Assembly (NCBI GenBank): GCA_013115145.1 | Contig: JAAPAO010000185.1 | Span: 1 to 56,566 of the forward strand | Length of the DNA stretch: 56,566 nt | Direction: 5' to 3' | Source of the DNA: Perkinsus chesapeaki ATCC PRA-425 | Taxonomy: Eukaryota > Protista > Perkinsozoa | In this document: piece by piece, positions 11,047 through 23,190 of the stretch | Numbering within the stretch: the stretch's first letter is position 1 | Layout of the letters: the number at the start of each line of letters is the position of its first letter | Notes under the pieces: model-generated | Databases searched by the model: none | The model's input: only the letters and a program-made list of their open reading frames with translations | Told to the model about the DNA's origin: nothing | Program-made: the position numbers and the translations under genes

Positions 11047-13538
11047 ATGCCACCCATCACTCGGCGGACTCGCAAGGCCCCCCCTGGATTCAGACTATTA
11101 GTCATCGTTCTTGCCCTGTGCACTCTAATGTGAGGAGACTCAGCTCATCGTGATCGGCATGCCCATCTGTCAGTGAAACTGCAGTATTGTGGTTTGGAAA
11201 ACCCATAGCAAGCTCTGCATTAACCGGAGCTGAGGACCGACAGCAGCCTTCTTCTCACGACGAGCTTGTTCGTATTCGGCAAGAGCTAGAGCGAGAGAAG
11301 GGCCGCTCATTGAGGGCCGAGCACGAGAAAGAGAATCTCAAGGCTAAAGTGGGCAGATCGATGCCCACTAGATTGGCCCAATTCGAACCAGTATCATCCA
11401 TCTCATGTTTAAAGGTTGCATCCTTGACAGCGGAGCTTGAGAATTTGAGGAGGACTACTGAAGCGCCGGTCTCTGAGGAAACTCCTGAACATATAGAGAA
11501 TATGAGAGGTATGCCCGTGGTTTTCGATTACCTGCGTAAAGCGGCTGACGACCAGGTGCCGGCTCTCTAGCAAGTGCCTTGAAGCTTGATGCGCTGAGAA
11601 CTGCGCTCGTGGCTTCCGGAAGCTCCTCGGAGGTTCCGATAATCGGAGTCTTAGTGATTGCCTGCAAACGAGCCCAATATCTTGATCGAGCCCTCACGTC
11701 GTTCGTTCATAACCGGCCTAACGGTAACGAAGGCTTTTCTGACTGCGGCGAAGTTTTCTTGCAGCTGAACAGTTCCCTATTGTGGTGTCGCAAGACGGTT
11801 ATGACAATGGTGTCAGGAATACTCTCGAGCGGTCACTCTGGTCGTCGACAGTGTAAGCTCTTCTGTCGTGCTGTCAATCCAGCAGTCAGCTGTGGCAGGT
11901 ACCATATGCGACACGAACAAGGTATAGGAAACGGTTACGAGAAACTTGCGCAGCACTACGGTTGGGCTCTCCGAAGGATGTTTGATGACTTGGGATTCAA
12001 ACAGGCAATGCCGCGGAGGAAGGCTTCATTCTGCGGCAGGATCTACATGAATAGCAATAATTCACTAAGTTGTTATTAACGCGCATTCGTGGAAAAATCT
12101 GCCAGCCTTAAAATTCCCCCGTCAACTGACCATGGTGTCTCAGTTGTATCGGACATCAGCCTTCTATAAATTTCGTCAAGAAGTTTCCACCAGGGATCCG
12201 TTTGATAGCCTAGAGTTGATCAGTCGTATTCGACGCTAGCATGAAACTAACACAACTTCTAAGGTTATTATCATACGTATCTCCCCAGGAGGTTCTCCCC
12301 TCGGCTTTGGTCAGCATAGCCTCACCTAGCGCACGCGCTACTTCCATGTTCCCCTCGGTGCCTCAGGTTATCATTCTCGAAGAGGACATGGAGATCGCCC
12401 CTGATTTTTTCAACTATTTTCTATCCGTTCTTCCGCTCCTTCAAGCAGATCCCAAGCTATACTGCGTCAGTGCTTGGAACGACAATGGCTATGAATCAGC
12501 AGTCCATGACCCGAGGATGATGTAAAACTGAGTTTCCTAGATTATCCAATCACTAACTCAGTTATCGCACTGATTTCTTTCCTGGACTCGGGTGGATGCT
12601 GACAGCTGAGCTGTGGAATGAGATAAAAGGTCGCTGGCCGAATGGGTAGATCCATAACAGGGTGCCTAATCTTATTACGATCGATACGGTCGTTTCAGCT
12701 ATTGGGACGAGTTTATGCGCCGACCGGACGTTCGAAAGGGAAGGCATTGCCTCAGACCCGAAATTAGCAGGTAAGCTTTCAGCTGCGGCATCTGGAGGTT
12801 TTACTCCATGAGTGTGTCCAAGACGATATGATCGTACTAAGTACTATAATTGTACTGGCCGTGGTTTCTTTGCATATTATTGGGAAGGCTCTCATATCAT
12901 TTGAACATAGTCTAATTGATCAATGTTACGAAATGTGAGGAAGTGACAATCACCCTCATTGATCATGAAGTGACATAATAGTAAAAAACTGCTTCCAGAG
13001 AGCAGCTCCTTGTCGTGGCCTTTCTCAATATGCTTCAGGTCGTATACATTCGGTGAGGAAGGAGAATCCAAAGGGCAGTATTTCACATCACACCTTTCGC
13101 GTATCATGCTTAACAAGGAGCCCGTCGACTTCTCCTCCGAGCCTCAACTGCTCAGTCATCTCGCAAGCGAAGAGGCGTTCGACCAATGGATTGAAAATAA
13201 GGTGAAGATGCCTTTGGCAAGCCAAGCGTTGAAGCTGAGCCTTCAGATGCGCGGGTGTAGGGAAGTCAGTCTTCCGGCGGTGGAGGACATTCTTGCCGAT
13301 CGACCCGAAGACTACTGCATTCGTATCAAATACTCCGATCACATGTAAGCCATCGCGTCAGTTGCTTCTCTCACTTTATTCTAGGTATCAAATTTACGCA
13401 AACCGTTTTGGACTAATGCCTGACGAAAAAGAAGGCGTCAGACGAACTGCGTACAAAAGCGTCATTGTTTTCACTCTACGCGGCCATCACATCTTCCTCT
13501 ACGATTCCTGGCCGTCTTTTATGAGTCATAACTTATGA
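11047..13538 (+). CDS. MGAT1: Alpha-1,3-mannosyl-glycoprotein 2-beta-N-acetylglucosaminyltransferase (GnT-I, GT13), multi-exon
   Basis: Type II anchor (MPPITRRTRKAPPGFRLLVIVLALCTLI) and coiled stem, then VLVIACKR, FPIVVSQDG, HYGWAL, IILEEDMEIAPDFF, CVSAWNDNG, YRTDFFPGLGWML, YWDEFMRRPDVRKGRHCLRPEIS and RSYTFGEEG. These are GnT-I hallmark motifs in the correct order. Confidence 0.93.
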
Positions 13539-14469
13539 CGGTCGTGCACCCTACCGCAATCTGACTTTTCTGGGCCATTTTTTGTTGATTTCACTAAGTG
13601 ATGTAATGGAGCAAACGCCCGAAAGCTTTGAAATAGGTCGATGGTCATCAAGGTGGATGTTTAAAGCCTTAGAATTTGGGACTATCAACTCGTGATTGGA
13701 CATCCTAACGCACCTTACTGACGTTTTCAACGCGGAACCCAAAGACTGAACGCCTGACGCTTCTGGTCCCAGGTGTAGGGCCTGACCAGAAAGACCTACG
13801 ACCTTTTAGTCTATCCAATCGACCAACTGTTGGTCGCCAACACGAAGCCGAGCAAGATCTATCTCTGAAAGCGATTGGTCAGAAGTCCACAAGGGCAAAA
13901 GCTCAATGGTTAAATGCTAACTCGGACGGTTAGCTCGTCAAAGAGGGAGAGTGATTTCTCCCTTCCTCCACTCGTGAAGCTGAAGGAAGGGAGAAATCAC
14001 TCCGTGAGTATGCGAGCTGTCATGTGTAGCCACAAACTGTCGATGTTCCGCCCTATATTGCTTGCGCCCAGGAAGTGGAGAAAAGAGGTGAAAGCAATTA
14101 GGAGAGCCTTTGTGATACATATGACAACCAGTACGGCTACGGCACTGACCATGGATGCCAACACTCGCTGAGCGCCTCGATCCTCGACACAATCAGATGC
14201 GCGCCCCTGTGCATCGGTATTTGATCGTCAAGTCCTGCCGTGGCTCCATTATAAGTTTCGAACTCAAGCCTATATGACACTGAAAATTAACTTCTCAAAG
14301 CTGCGTCTACTGGCCACATCTAAAGGCCGTGTTTTGTATTATAGTGCAGCTTACTTGTACGCCATAGTCATGAGATAAAATATGCAGAAAGAGAATAGAC
14401 CAGAACTCCACGAGAGTAAGCATCCGAACACACGATGTTTGCCGGAACTAGTACCGGTATTCTGCGTCT

Positions 14470-14892
14470 CTAATCAGCGTACTTAAATAGACCGTCCCAT
14501 TCCCCCCTGAGGGATTTCAACTCGATAGCATTCTCGTTGTTAGACGGATTGAAGTAAAACCACATTAAACCAAAGTCGGCCAGATGGATGCGGGGATTGC
14601 CGCAGAGATGCACCCAATGCTCGAGGTCAGTGCCTTCATAATTGACATAAACAGGGTACATTTGATCGTATTTGTCAAATTTGCCAACTCCATACTGCAA
14701 CCCTTGAGCTTCAATAGCGCACTCCAGGACCCTGATACTCATAGCAAAGGTGGGGTTACTAGCATTGAATTCGAGCGCACCAATGTCACCCCAATAGGTG
14801 CCGCTCGGGTGAGGAGTAGTTTGAAGGCTTTTGATTCCTTTGAGCATTACGGTGCAGGTCGTGAAAGCAAGAAGGGTGAAGAGACGGGCCAT
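14470..14892 (-). CDS. Intronless 140-aa secreted protein of unknown function, SLQ family paralog 1
   Basis: Met at 14892 gives a hydrophobic signal (MARLFTLLAFTTCTVMLKG), then KSLQTTPHPSGTY. It aligns over its full length with paralogs 2 and 3. Confidence 0.8.
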   Translation of the reverse strand: MARLFTLLAFTTCTVMLKGIKSLQTTPHPSGTYWGDIGALEFNASNPTFAMSIRVLECAIEAQGLQYGVGKFDKYDQMYPVYVNYEGTDLEHWVHLCGNPRIHLADFGLMWFYFNPSNNENAIELKSLRGEWDGLFKYAD

Positions 14893-15618
14893 TAATGCGA
14901 ACGTGACTGGAGCTGAAAACAGACGCCGTTTGAGAATGAACCCTAGGAATGCTAGGTCACATAACCTGGGTGCCACTTCGCAGATCCCTCTGAGATTTGG
15001 CTCTTGAGAAGCGAATAGCGAAGCACTTCGCGTACGCAGCGAACATCCGCGTGACGCACGGAAGGCTTCCTCCGCGGGAGGCCCTTCAGGTAGATAACGT
15101 TTTCTTGTGCCATTGTGTGTCCTCGCAGACTATAATGGGGCCAATCCCATGCTGAGCATGGACGTTCTGTGATTGTAGCGGCTTTAAAATCTGGTCCGAA
15201 AAAGAGCTGCGGGAATCACTAATATTCTCGGCCCAACTCAATATAATGAAGAGACAAACCTCTCGTTATCACTGAAGCACATCAGATGAGGGGTTCTCAC
15301 CAGACTTACGGCCTCAAGATTATTCACCATAGGTAACATTTTCCGTACTCCTCAGTGTCTGGTCGGAAAGAATTCAATCTTAGCAATAAATCAGGATACG
15401 CTGGATTTTGGTTATCTTTGACCCCCCCGTTGTACCCTTGAATACGGCGATATTACTGCGTTGGTGGAGCGGAGGGCTCCACTGGAGCACTAGTGGTGGG
15501 AGGATTGCGTATCCCTTCTGCTTCTGTCGTTGGTAGATGTGTGCATGCTCTACTGGATGTGAATCGAATTGTCGAACTGCAGCAGTTCATTTTGTTGCCA
15601 GATTCAGTCTTTGTCTAG

Positions 15619-15657
15619 CGATACTATCAATTGACTTATCGATCACGACTCCCCCAC
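15619..15657 (+). mobile_element. Short relic of the same LTR 3' end
   Basis: CGATACTATCAATTGACTTATCGATCACGACTCCCCCAC resembles 8941-8992 and 49701-49740. Confidence 0.55.
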
Positions 15658-16201
15658 GAGCTAGAATGTCTAGCTGAAGAGGCAAACCTCCGAGAAGTCG
15701 ACGGTGACTTGATTTGAGTGACTTGAATCGCAATGCCGCGATGGGATCTACGTTTGTCGTCTTGAACGGGATTTTTCTGCTACTGCAGTGAGGTAGCGAC
15801 TAATTCTCTTCCCTTCTCTCTCTTATTCATTAAATGAAGGCATGAGGAAATTTCATTTCCTCATTTATACCTGTGTTTTAAGAGCCCGCGTCAGTGATGC
15901 TGCTTCACGCTTAGGACTTCTCGGAAAGTCGCTGCTTCCATTGTCGCTTTCGAAGAGCGTAAGGTTTTCGCTTGTCAGGGTATGTGATGTAGTTCGTTTG
16001 TTTACTCGATCAGAGGACAAACACAAAGTAATTAGAGATATTAGGAAATGATCGACCAAAAGCCGTGTACAATAGAAAAAGCTTAATGTCGTGTTTCATC
16101 TTCGAAAAGACATATTCTAGTATTACCAGCTCCATTGGTAAAACCAAAAGGTGCTCATCAAAGAAATGGTCTAAGGCACCGTTGGTGAGGGAAGACCTCC
16201 A

Positions 16202-16624
16202 TCAATCATGTTCAAAACGACCGTCCCATTCCTCCGTGGTAGAGTGCATCTCGATGGCATTAGTGTCTGTGGAGGGATCGTAGAAGAAATAAAGTGTATC
16301 GAAATCGTCAATGACAATGCGTGGGTTGTTACAAGCTGCCACCTTCTGCGCAAGGTCGGTGCCTCCGTAGGTGACTTGGATATCGTAATCGACCTCTTCA
16401 ACAAAGACAGGTGTGTACTGTAACCCTTGAACGGCAATGTGGCATCCCAGGACCATGATATTCATATCAAAGGTACCAGCATTGAATGTCAGCTGACCAC
16501 TGGCTTCAGGGTCGTTACTCACATAGGCACCGCTTGGGCGAGGGGTAGCCTGAAGGGACCTTCTGAGTCCTTCGCTCATTACAGCGGCAATCGTGGAAGT
16601 GAAGAAGGTGAAGAGAATGGTCAT
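16202..16624 (-). CDS. Intronless 140-aa secreted protein, SLQ family paralog 2
   Basis: MTILFTFFTSTIAAVMSEG-LRRSLQATPRPSGAY. Shares two Cys, QGLQY, YxGTDL, CxNPRI and NAIExxSxxxEWDGxF with paralog 1. Confidence 0.82.
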   Translation of the reverse strand: MTILFTFFTSTIAAVMSEGLRRSLQATPRPSGAYVSNDPEASGQLTFNAGTFDMNIMVLGCHIAVQGLQYTPVFVEEVDYDIQVTYGGTDLAQKVAACNNPRIVIDDFDTLYFFYDPSTDTNAIEMHSTTEEWDGRFEHD

Positions 16625-17914
16625 CAATGAGAGTAGGGTTGACACTGATAACAAGCACTGCTCGTGGATTAAACCTGGATCGAGAAACCTCATTGAATCG
16701 AGAAAATTTGACTACACTACAACCGACGAATTAAGAGATTCCTCCACAGCGCTGGCAACTCAGTTTGGTGTCACTCGCTTTGTGACAAAGCATTTGTCCC
16801 TATCTGAATCGTGAGTAATAGTCCATGGAGCTCCGGTAGACCGCTGTTTCAGGCAAGCTTGATTAGGATTCCAGTATGCGCTACAGCTGTCTACGACCAG
16901 CGGTGGCTCTGTAAGCGTTCACAAGCGGCTGACCAATTCAATTTTTAGAACGTGGCAGAATCAGACAAAATAGGTTGGTGCCACGTGACGTGACTCGAGT
17001 CCACTAGTGGTTGGATCGGACTCGTCTGTCGGCAAAGTGAACCGAACTGCGCCAAAATATGGCTCAAGACATTACCTCGAAGCACTTGGCAAGCTATTTC
17101 CAATGCTGGTTGGACAACTCTGATAATTAGGGTTCCGTAGTTGACTTGTGATGAAGCGAAAAAAGTGTATAGATTAGAGTGGTGGCCGAATACTATAGTA
17201 TGAAAATTCGCATAATATAAAACTGGACTCCAGTTACTGGAGACGCTTTCTAACTCTGTAATTTATGGTGACGTAATGAGGAGCGAAACCTCGCTAGTTC
17301 AGGCTTCAGCTAGCCACGTGATGTAACTTGCATCATAATTGACATTGCAACATACATATTAATGTCATCAATGATTGAATGGCATGTTGTGCTTTCGCAA
17401 TCCTGCTAATTATCAGTTCGTACTTCAACAAGTGAACGTACAAACAATCGACGAATTGTTACTCAATGTATGTTGTGACACAGACTTCCTGGAATTAGAA
17501 CTCCTAAACTCGGCTGCGATCAGTCAGCCCCGGCATCCTGTGTCGGAGCACAGAGAAGTTCTGTGAGAGAACGATGTTAAGACCATTTGTAATAACTTAT
17601 CATCCTTCTGTCGGATTGTTACACATCCTAATGCAACGAGCTCTCGGTCCTATCGAAACCTGCAAGGCCAGTGTCGAACGCGCAGTGACATGTGCAGTAA
17701 TTGCACAACGATCGAAGCACCAACAGCTACAACCCTAGATAGGGAAAGTGATGCATCTTGGGTACGACACAAGAAGGACTTGTGCGAATCACGCTAGTGT
17801 CGAGAAAAAGTAAGTTGCCAAAGTTTTTACTCTTGTTTTCGGGTGATAGAGCATTATCGATTAACATGATATTATCCAAATGTTATTACTTTTCAGATTT
17901 TGTGTCTTCCAAAT

Positions 17915-18514
17915 ATGCGCAACGTCATCATTGCACTTTCGCTTGCTACTGCACTCGGTACCGTTGACCAGACCCCTCCACTTCCATTCGAATGCGACCA
18001 ATACTGTGATTTCTACGAGCCCGGTTCGTACTGCAAACATTGGCAATACCCGTCCGTTTGTTTCAAGATTGATATTCCTTGCTACTGTAGTGAGCTGCCG
18101 ACCAGTCAACAGCCAGAGCAAACCAGTGAGGTGTCTACTACTGAGTCTGCTACTACTGAGGCTGCTACTACTGAGGCTGCTACTACTGAGGCTGCTGCTA
18201 CTGAGGCTGCTACTACCGAGGCTGCTACTACCGAGGCTGCTACTACCGAGGCTGCTACTACTGAGGCTGCTACTACCGAGGCTGCTACTACTGAGGCTGC
18301 TACTACCGAGGCTGCTACTACTGAGGCTGCCACTACTGAAGCTGCCACTACTGAAGCTGCCACTACTCAGGCTGATACTACCAGTACTCCAAGTAGTCCG
18401 GAGCCGCCGAGGGAGTGCGATATTGATTGCGATTCCGTGTTATCTGGCAGTTTCTGTATGACATACAAATTGCCGAACGTTTGCTGGGGCACTGATGTGG
18501 GCTGCGAATGTTGA
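17915..18514 (+). CDS. Secreted mucin-like protein: signal, 6-Cys module, (TTEAA)16, 6-Cys module (199 aa)
   Basis: MRNVIIALSLATALG signal; CDQYCDFYEPGSYCKHWQYPSVCFKIDIPCYC; Thr/Glu/Ala repeat; CDIDCDSVLSGSFCMTYKLPNVCWGTDVGCEC-stop. Intronless. Confidence 0.88.
   Translation: MRNVIIALSLATALGTVDQTPPLPFECDQYCDFYEPGSYCKHWQYPSVCFKIDIPCYCSELPTSQQPEQTSEVSTTESATTEAATTEAATTEAAATEAATTEAATTEAATTEAATTEAATTEAATTEAATTEAATTEAATTEAATTEAATTQADTTSTPSSPEPPRECDIDCDSVLSGSFCMTYKLPNVCWGTDVGCEC
18137..18376 (+). repeat. 16 x 15-nt coding tandem repeat (ACTACYGAGGCTGCT; TTEAA)
   Basis: Units counted at a 15-nt period from 18137 to 18376. Confidence 0.97.
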
Positions 18515-19274
18515 ACTATACACTCGCCGCTTCCTAACACTCTGTTCCATCGGTCGTCCTTGGTCATAAGCGTGTCTCCAACTTGACTTCTTTTCGCTTT
18601 TCAATGTAATACTCATTGTCTAATATTCCGCTTTGTGTTCTCGTTAGTCAAGCAATAAGACAGAGCTGTCTACTCCGGTCTTAAGATCGCGGGTAATTGA
18701 CGTGTGTGCTCTGAATAGCCAGTGGAAGTTGATGCATAGCCGATTCACGAAATTGCGTTGTCTCGAGTTGAAGTCTAATATGTGATATGTTCATGCGTGA
18801 CATTCGCCAGCAGTATCTGCCTGAAATGTGTTCACTTTCCACTGGTTTTGGCTCCGAACTATAATCTGCCATTAGTACGCATAATTGAGAAACCGTGAAA
18901 AATATTTGATAAATGTTGCGGACAATAAAAAGGCTTCTAGTAGAAGCTCTGAAGGTAGAACTCATTGGCATCTTGCTGTGCGGTCAACTCCTCAGACCAA
19001 TAGGGTTAATTATATTGACCAACGCAAAGCTCTACCCCGAATATAGTAAAACACTTTCGAAGAATCGTTTATCAAGTAATATTCATCCGCCAATGCTAAA
19101 GGCTATACTTATATTCAAAAAGACATGTAGCGTAGTTGACTCCTCCGCCATGCTCCACTAAGGACAGGAGACTACCTTGAGGGAAATGAACTAACACTCC
19201 ATCGAGGGCATAGGTATCCCTGAATGAAGCACGGTTTGGAGACCAAAGGCTCCAACTGCTACAGACTAACATTC

Positions 19275-19706
19275 CTAGTCTACATGGTAGAAAGTACCAT
19301 GCCACAGTCCCTTTGAAGAGACCAGATCAATTAAATTTGCACCACCGGGCTGAAAGGTGAATTTCAGCTGGGCAAAGTCTTCGACAACGATATTGGGGTC
19401 CTGGCATTGTTCCACATAGATCTTCAATGCAGTACCGCTATACGCAAGGAAAATCATGTGGCTCGATCCTTCTACATGGATAATTTCATAAGGTATGGCT
19501 CTGACATCGATGAAGCAATCTTGGACCACAATACCAATGAAAAGGGTGGAGCTTGAAGCACTTGGGAAGTGAAGCACACCGTTTACTGCATGGTCTTGGC
19601 TAACATAGCTGCCAGTGGGGCGAACGGTCGGCTGAAGGGATCTATTCGTCCCCTGGGCAATAGCAACGGAGATCATCAGAGCAAGGTAGATGAAGAGACG
19701 AGGCAT
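19275..19706 (-). CDS. Intronless 143-aa secreted protein, SLQ family paralog 3
   Basis: MPRLFIYLALMISVAIAQG-TNRSLQPTVRPTGSY. Has the two conserved Cys, YSGT, CQDPNIV and a C-terminal WHGTF. Confidence 0.82.
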   Translation of the reverse strand: MPRLFIYLALMISVAIAQGTNRSLQPTVRPTGSYVSQDHAVNGVLHFPSASSSTLFIGIVVQDCFIDVRAIPYEIIHVEGSSHMIFLAYSGTALKIYVEQCQDPNIVVEDFAQLKFTFQPGGANLIDLVSSKGLWHGTFYHVD

Positions 19707-21074
19707 TGGTGAGACCTCGAGTTACACTGAGTTTAGCTGTAAACAAATCTTTCTTCAAATAAGCTTCCGAATAACGCAGTAGTACGCTCTGAAAAGGGCG
19801 GTAATTTCACATATTTCCATTTTCGTGCATTTCTATTGGCGGATAGCAGGCTGTCACGCGAATGCTGTCACCAGTCTCACACAAGAGTGCACTGGTATTC
19901 CAAGTAGCCTCGCCTGCATGCCTTGTAAGCATTACTAGTTGTATCGATGCAGCAATCCTTCTGGACCACAAATGCACATATTCTACTCTCCAAGTCAATG
20001 AGCAGCCGCGCGTTAAGAGTGCTGTGATGTGGAGAAAATCAGTGACCGTCATGAGATTTCTTTGAGCGTTTCAAAAACAGATGCCATATGATAGAGATTA
20101 TGCCCGGAAATCATACCTCTCGGGCCCATGAATCAGAGGTCATGATCGAATCAGAGACAGTTGAATCGACAGCCGTCGCATCTTACTGGACGGCCGAATG
20201 CACTGGGCGCGCGCGCCTTAGTTGTGTAATAATGTCACACAAGTGATATGGAGGGGGGTTCAATAAATCTCCTGCGCTATGACAACAATCGATTTACTGC
20301 GATAGTTTCTCGAATATAGGAGACCCGAAACCCTCTTCGGAGTTCGGAAAGTCTTCGTTATGCGGAGGTACAGCGAGAGCTTTACTCGAGGATATGTTAC
20401 CATCCCAAAGAGGACACCAGATACATTCCTGCACTAAAATCTATTGTCTATTGCACAATTGGCAAACCATCGTATTGCTAGCTTGAGACTATCCGCCTGG
20501 ACAGGAATAGTCGAGTCAGCTACATAGTATAAGACAATCGGCGAACCGTGCGGATGCCTGGAAGGTCTTTGATGTTGCAAGGTAATCGCGGCCCGCGAAT
20601 CGCGGCTGGTCGAAGAATGATCCGCGCTTTTCCTCGATATGGTATTAATTTCTGTTGATCCTCTCTCTGAACTATAACCTGTCATCAGCATAGATAGTTG
20701 AGCAATCATGAAGAACATTTATGGTGAATGATATCGTCACAATCGAGGCGTTTGTAATAGCGGTTTCACGAGTAGAGCTTACTTAAATATTGCTCGCTGG
20801 CCAGCTGCCCAAATCAGGTCAATCTGATTAACGTGATTAATTATACTGACCAACGCAACTCCTCACTACCCCAATTATTCGGAAAGCTGTAGAATAATCT
20901 CTACTCACTTCCACGGCCAATGCTAAAAGCAACACTTATATTCAAAAAGACATACAATGTAGTTGACTCCTCCGCCATGCTCCACTAAGAACCGGAGACT
21001 AGCGTGAGGAAAAAATAAGTTTGAGAACATATTGGTAGGATCATTCATTCCGGAATGAGTCTAACTGACTAGAA

Positions 21075-21240
21075 TAGGGCTCGATGACTTGCAGCTGCCA
21101 TCTAGCATCTCTAATCGGACTACCAGCAGTTCACCGTCCACAATCCAGATGTGGAGGTTATCTGAACATATCCTCTCCCCTCAGAAGTTCAGTACTCCAT
21201 CGAGTCGAAGTCCTTCGCTGGCACTTTGCCGGTTTAGTCG
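21075..21240 (-). pseudogene. Possible decayed SLQ-family fragment
   Basis: Minus frame LDGVLNF*GERICSDNLHIWIV loosely resembles paralog 3 VNGVLHFPSASSSTLFIGIV. It has an internal stop. Confidence 0.3.
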
Positions 21241-22941
21241 ATAGTAGTGTATTGATGGTTTGGTCCTTCGGGGAAAAATGAAACCAATGTCGCATTGGTG
21301 ACCGTCACTACGATAAACGAAGTTCTTGGATAAAAGAAGTGTCGATGATCGAACACATGAGTTGAGTCAGCCGCCCCTACCCCAGCAAGCGGGAGGTTAC
21401 GAATACATCAAGGTTATTTGAGAGGCAAATCTCTCAGTAGTACGGCGGTCACTGGCCGTGTTTGGTAGGTGTGACACATCTGTCATAGTGTCACACAAGT
21501 GTTTAGACGGTAGTTCAATTCATTGCAGGATTGGCAAAACAATCGCTTATTGTGGCTGCTCATCGCTAAGTTGGCCGCAGTTCCTCACTTGATAGGGAGT
21601 GTTTTCCGTTCGTGAATCTGCCCGAGAGCCGATTTTTCTTTTCTGGCGGATTGTAGGGCTCATAAAGTTACGCTAGGTATCCGTATTTGGTCTTGAGAAT
21701 ATTCAACGGTCGTTCCGATAGCCTTCGAAGCTAATCGGGAAACACCGCGAAGTGCACTCATCACGCAGAAGGTTCGTTCTCCCACTATGTAAAGTCTACT
21801 CGATATGACTAACGCAAGCGAATGATATGACACAAAGAGTGGGTAATCAATGCCATGCCACAGCTGGTTTGGTAAATTGTCGACCAAGGAATTGCAAGCC
21901 GTTATTGCGGATACTTAGCACCTGGTGGAAGACAATACTCACAATACTCTTAACAAGCTTACTCTTCCCGTGAATGATGTAGGATTAGTGTCAGTTCCCT
22001 TCCTCGCGACGTTATAAGGATATCTACAGTGAAAGACGTCTCAACACAAAAACACATGTAGCGAACTTCTGTAGTGCTCGGACTCTAGCCTCGCGCAAGG
22101 CCCGACCAGCCTTATCAGTAGCCCCGGGTGCAGCAAGGGACGGCAGCGAAAGTTGCTTCTCCTGCTCAAGTTGAATAAGAGAGACTTTAGTGGAAACTTA
22201 CTATTGACCCTGGAGCCGCGGATTTCAGGTTGCCAACTATCGTCCGACTATCCGAGCTCACCGGATTCAGAGCGGCTATTCGAGAGTTATAGACGCTGCG
22301 ACATTCAGGGCACCTGGGAGGGAGACATCTAGTTCATTGACGCGGAACGGCTGCCTTGTTGTCGATTAGGCTTGACCAAATGAGAACCAAGATTCTGTTG
22401 TCCGATCCCATCGGAAGATACGAACTTGAGAAACGGAAAATTCGAATCGACAAAATCTCCCCTTTCGCCTCGGCAGTGTATCCAGCTGATTGTGCACATA
22501 CATTATTACAATACTGCATTTTTATCAGGGATGCCGGAGTTGAGTTTCGTTGACACCGTGCGAGTATGCATATCATCGTTAGCATTGTGCTTGATCGTTC
22601 GATGATTTGATGACTATAATCCCTCAAACTTTGAGGCACTTCTACACTATTACACTTTGAGGCTCAAAGTGTAATATTGTATAGCTTATTATGGGAGCCT
22701 GATAACTATACCAAAAACTTCATCCTGGTGAACTCAATCTACAACGCTGTTCTCGAAGTGATTCCCTCAATTCTTCGGCTGGTATCTTTACTTGTCTTTC
22801 CACCACCAAGATGTGTCACTCGGGTGCTGGGTGCAAATCCTCACCAGCGCGGGGAACTGAAAGCCAGCTCAGATTTGCGTCTCGACCAGGAGTATCTTCT
22901 CACCCCTTTCTCATCGGTTATCATCCTAACACCTTCATCTG

Positions 22942-23190
22942 TCACTTGTTTGCAGTACGGTCCCAGGAAGGCCTCCACCTCCCATTGAAGTCGGTCAAAA
23001 TTCGGGCTACTACCCTGGTAGCTTCTTCGTTGATGTTGTGAAGCGAGCCATGCCTTCTGTGAAGCCGTTGCCTGAAATCGAGCAGCTCCGCTGTTGGTTT
23101 ATATTGCCGCGCAATGGACTGATTCAGCAGGCCAAGGACCATGAAACGGATTACGGGATAACCGTCAGAGTCGTATACTTCCCGAATCAT
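22942..23190 (-). pseudogene. Protein-like ORF fragment, unidentified
   Basis: 82-aa ORF with protein-like composition, flanked by stops and apparent frameshifts. No family recognised. Confidence 0.2.

Larger units (their letters stand above)
18850..21560. repeat. Diverged tandem segmental duplication (~18.85-20.3 kb vs ~20.66-21.56 kb)
   Basis: The 31-mer GTAGTTGACTCCTCCGCCATGCTCCACTAAG is identical at 19132 and 20959. Further anchors are GAACTATAA (18858/20670), CAGTAGTACG (~19778/~21435) and TGTCACACAAGTG (~20233/~21490). The shrinking offset implies deletions in copy 2. Confidence 0.75.

Noticed and set aside
17045-17075. Spliced-leader RNA gene or relic (TGGCTCAAG)
   Set aside because: Only 9 nt match, the upstream CCGTAGCCAT is missing, and no GT donor follows.
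18137-18376. CRISPR-like array (also considered for the 21-nt and 27-nt repeats)
   Set aside because: These are head-to-tail tandem repeats without unique spacers, there are no cas genes, and the context is eukaryotic.
17880-18461. 193-aa Leu/Arg-rich ORF and the antisense VVAAS ORF
   Set aside because: These are alternative frames of the TTEAA repeat. The signal peptide and Cys modules are in the 17915 frame.
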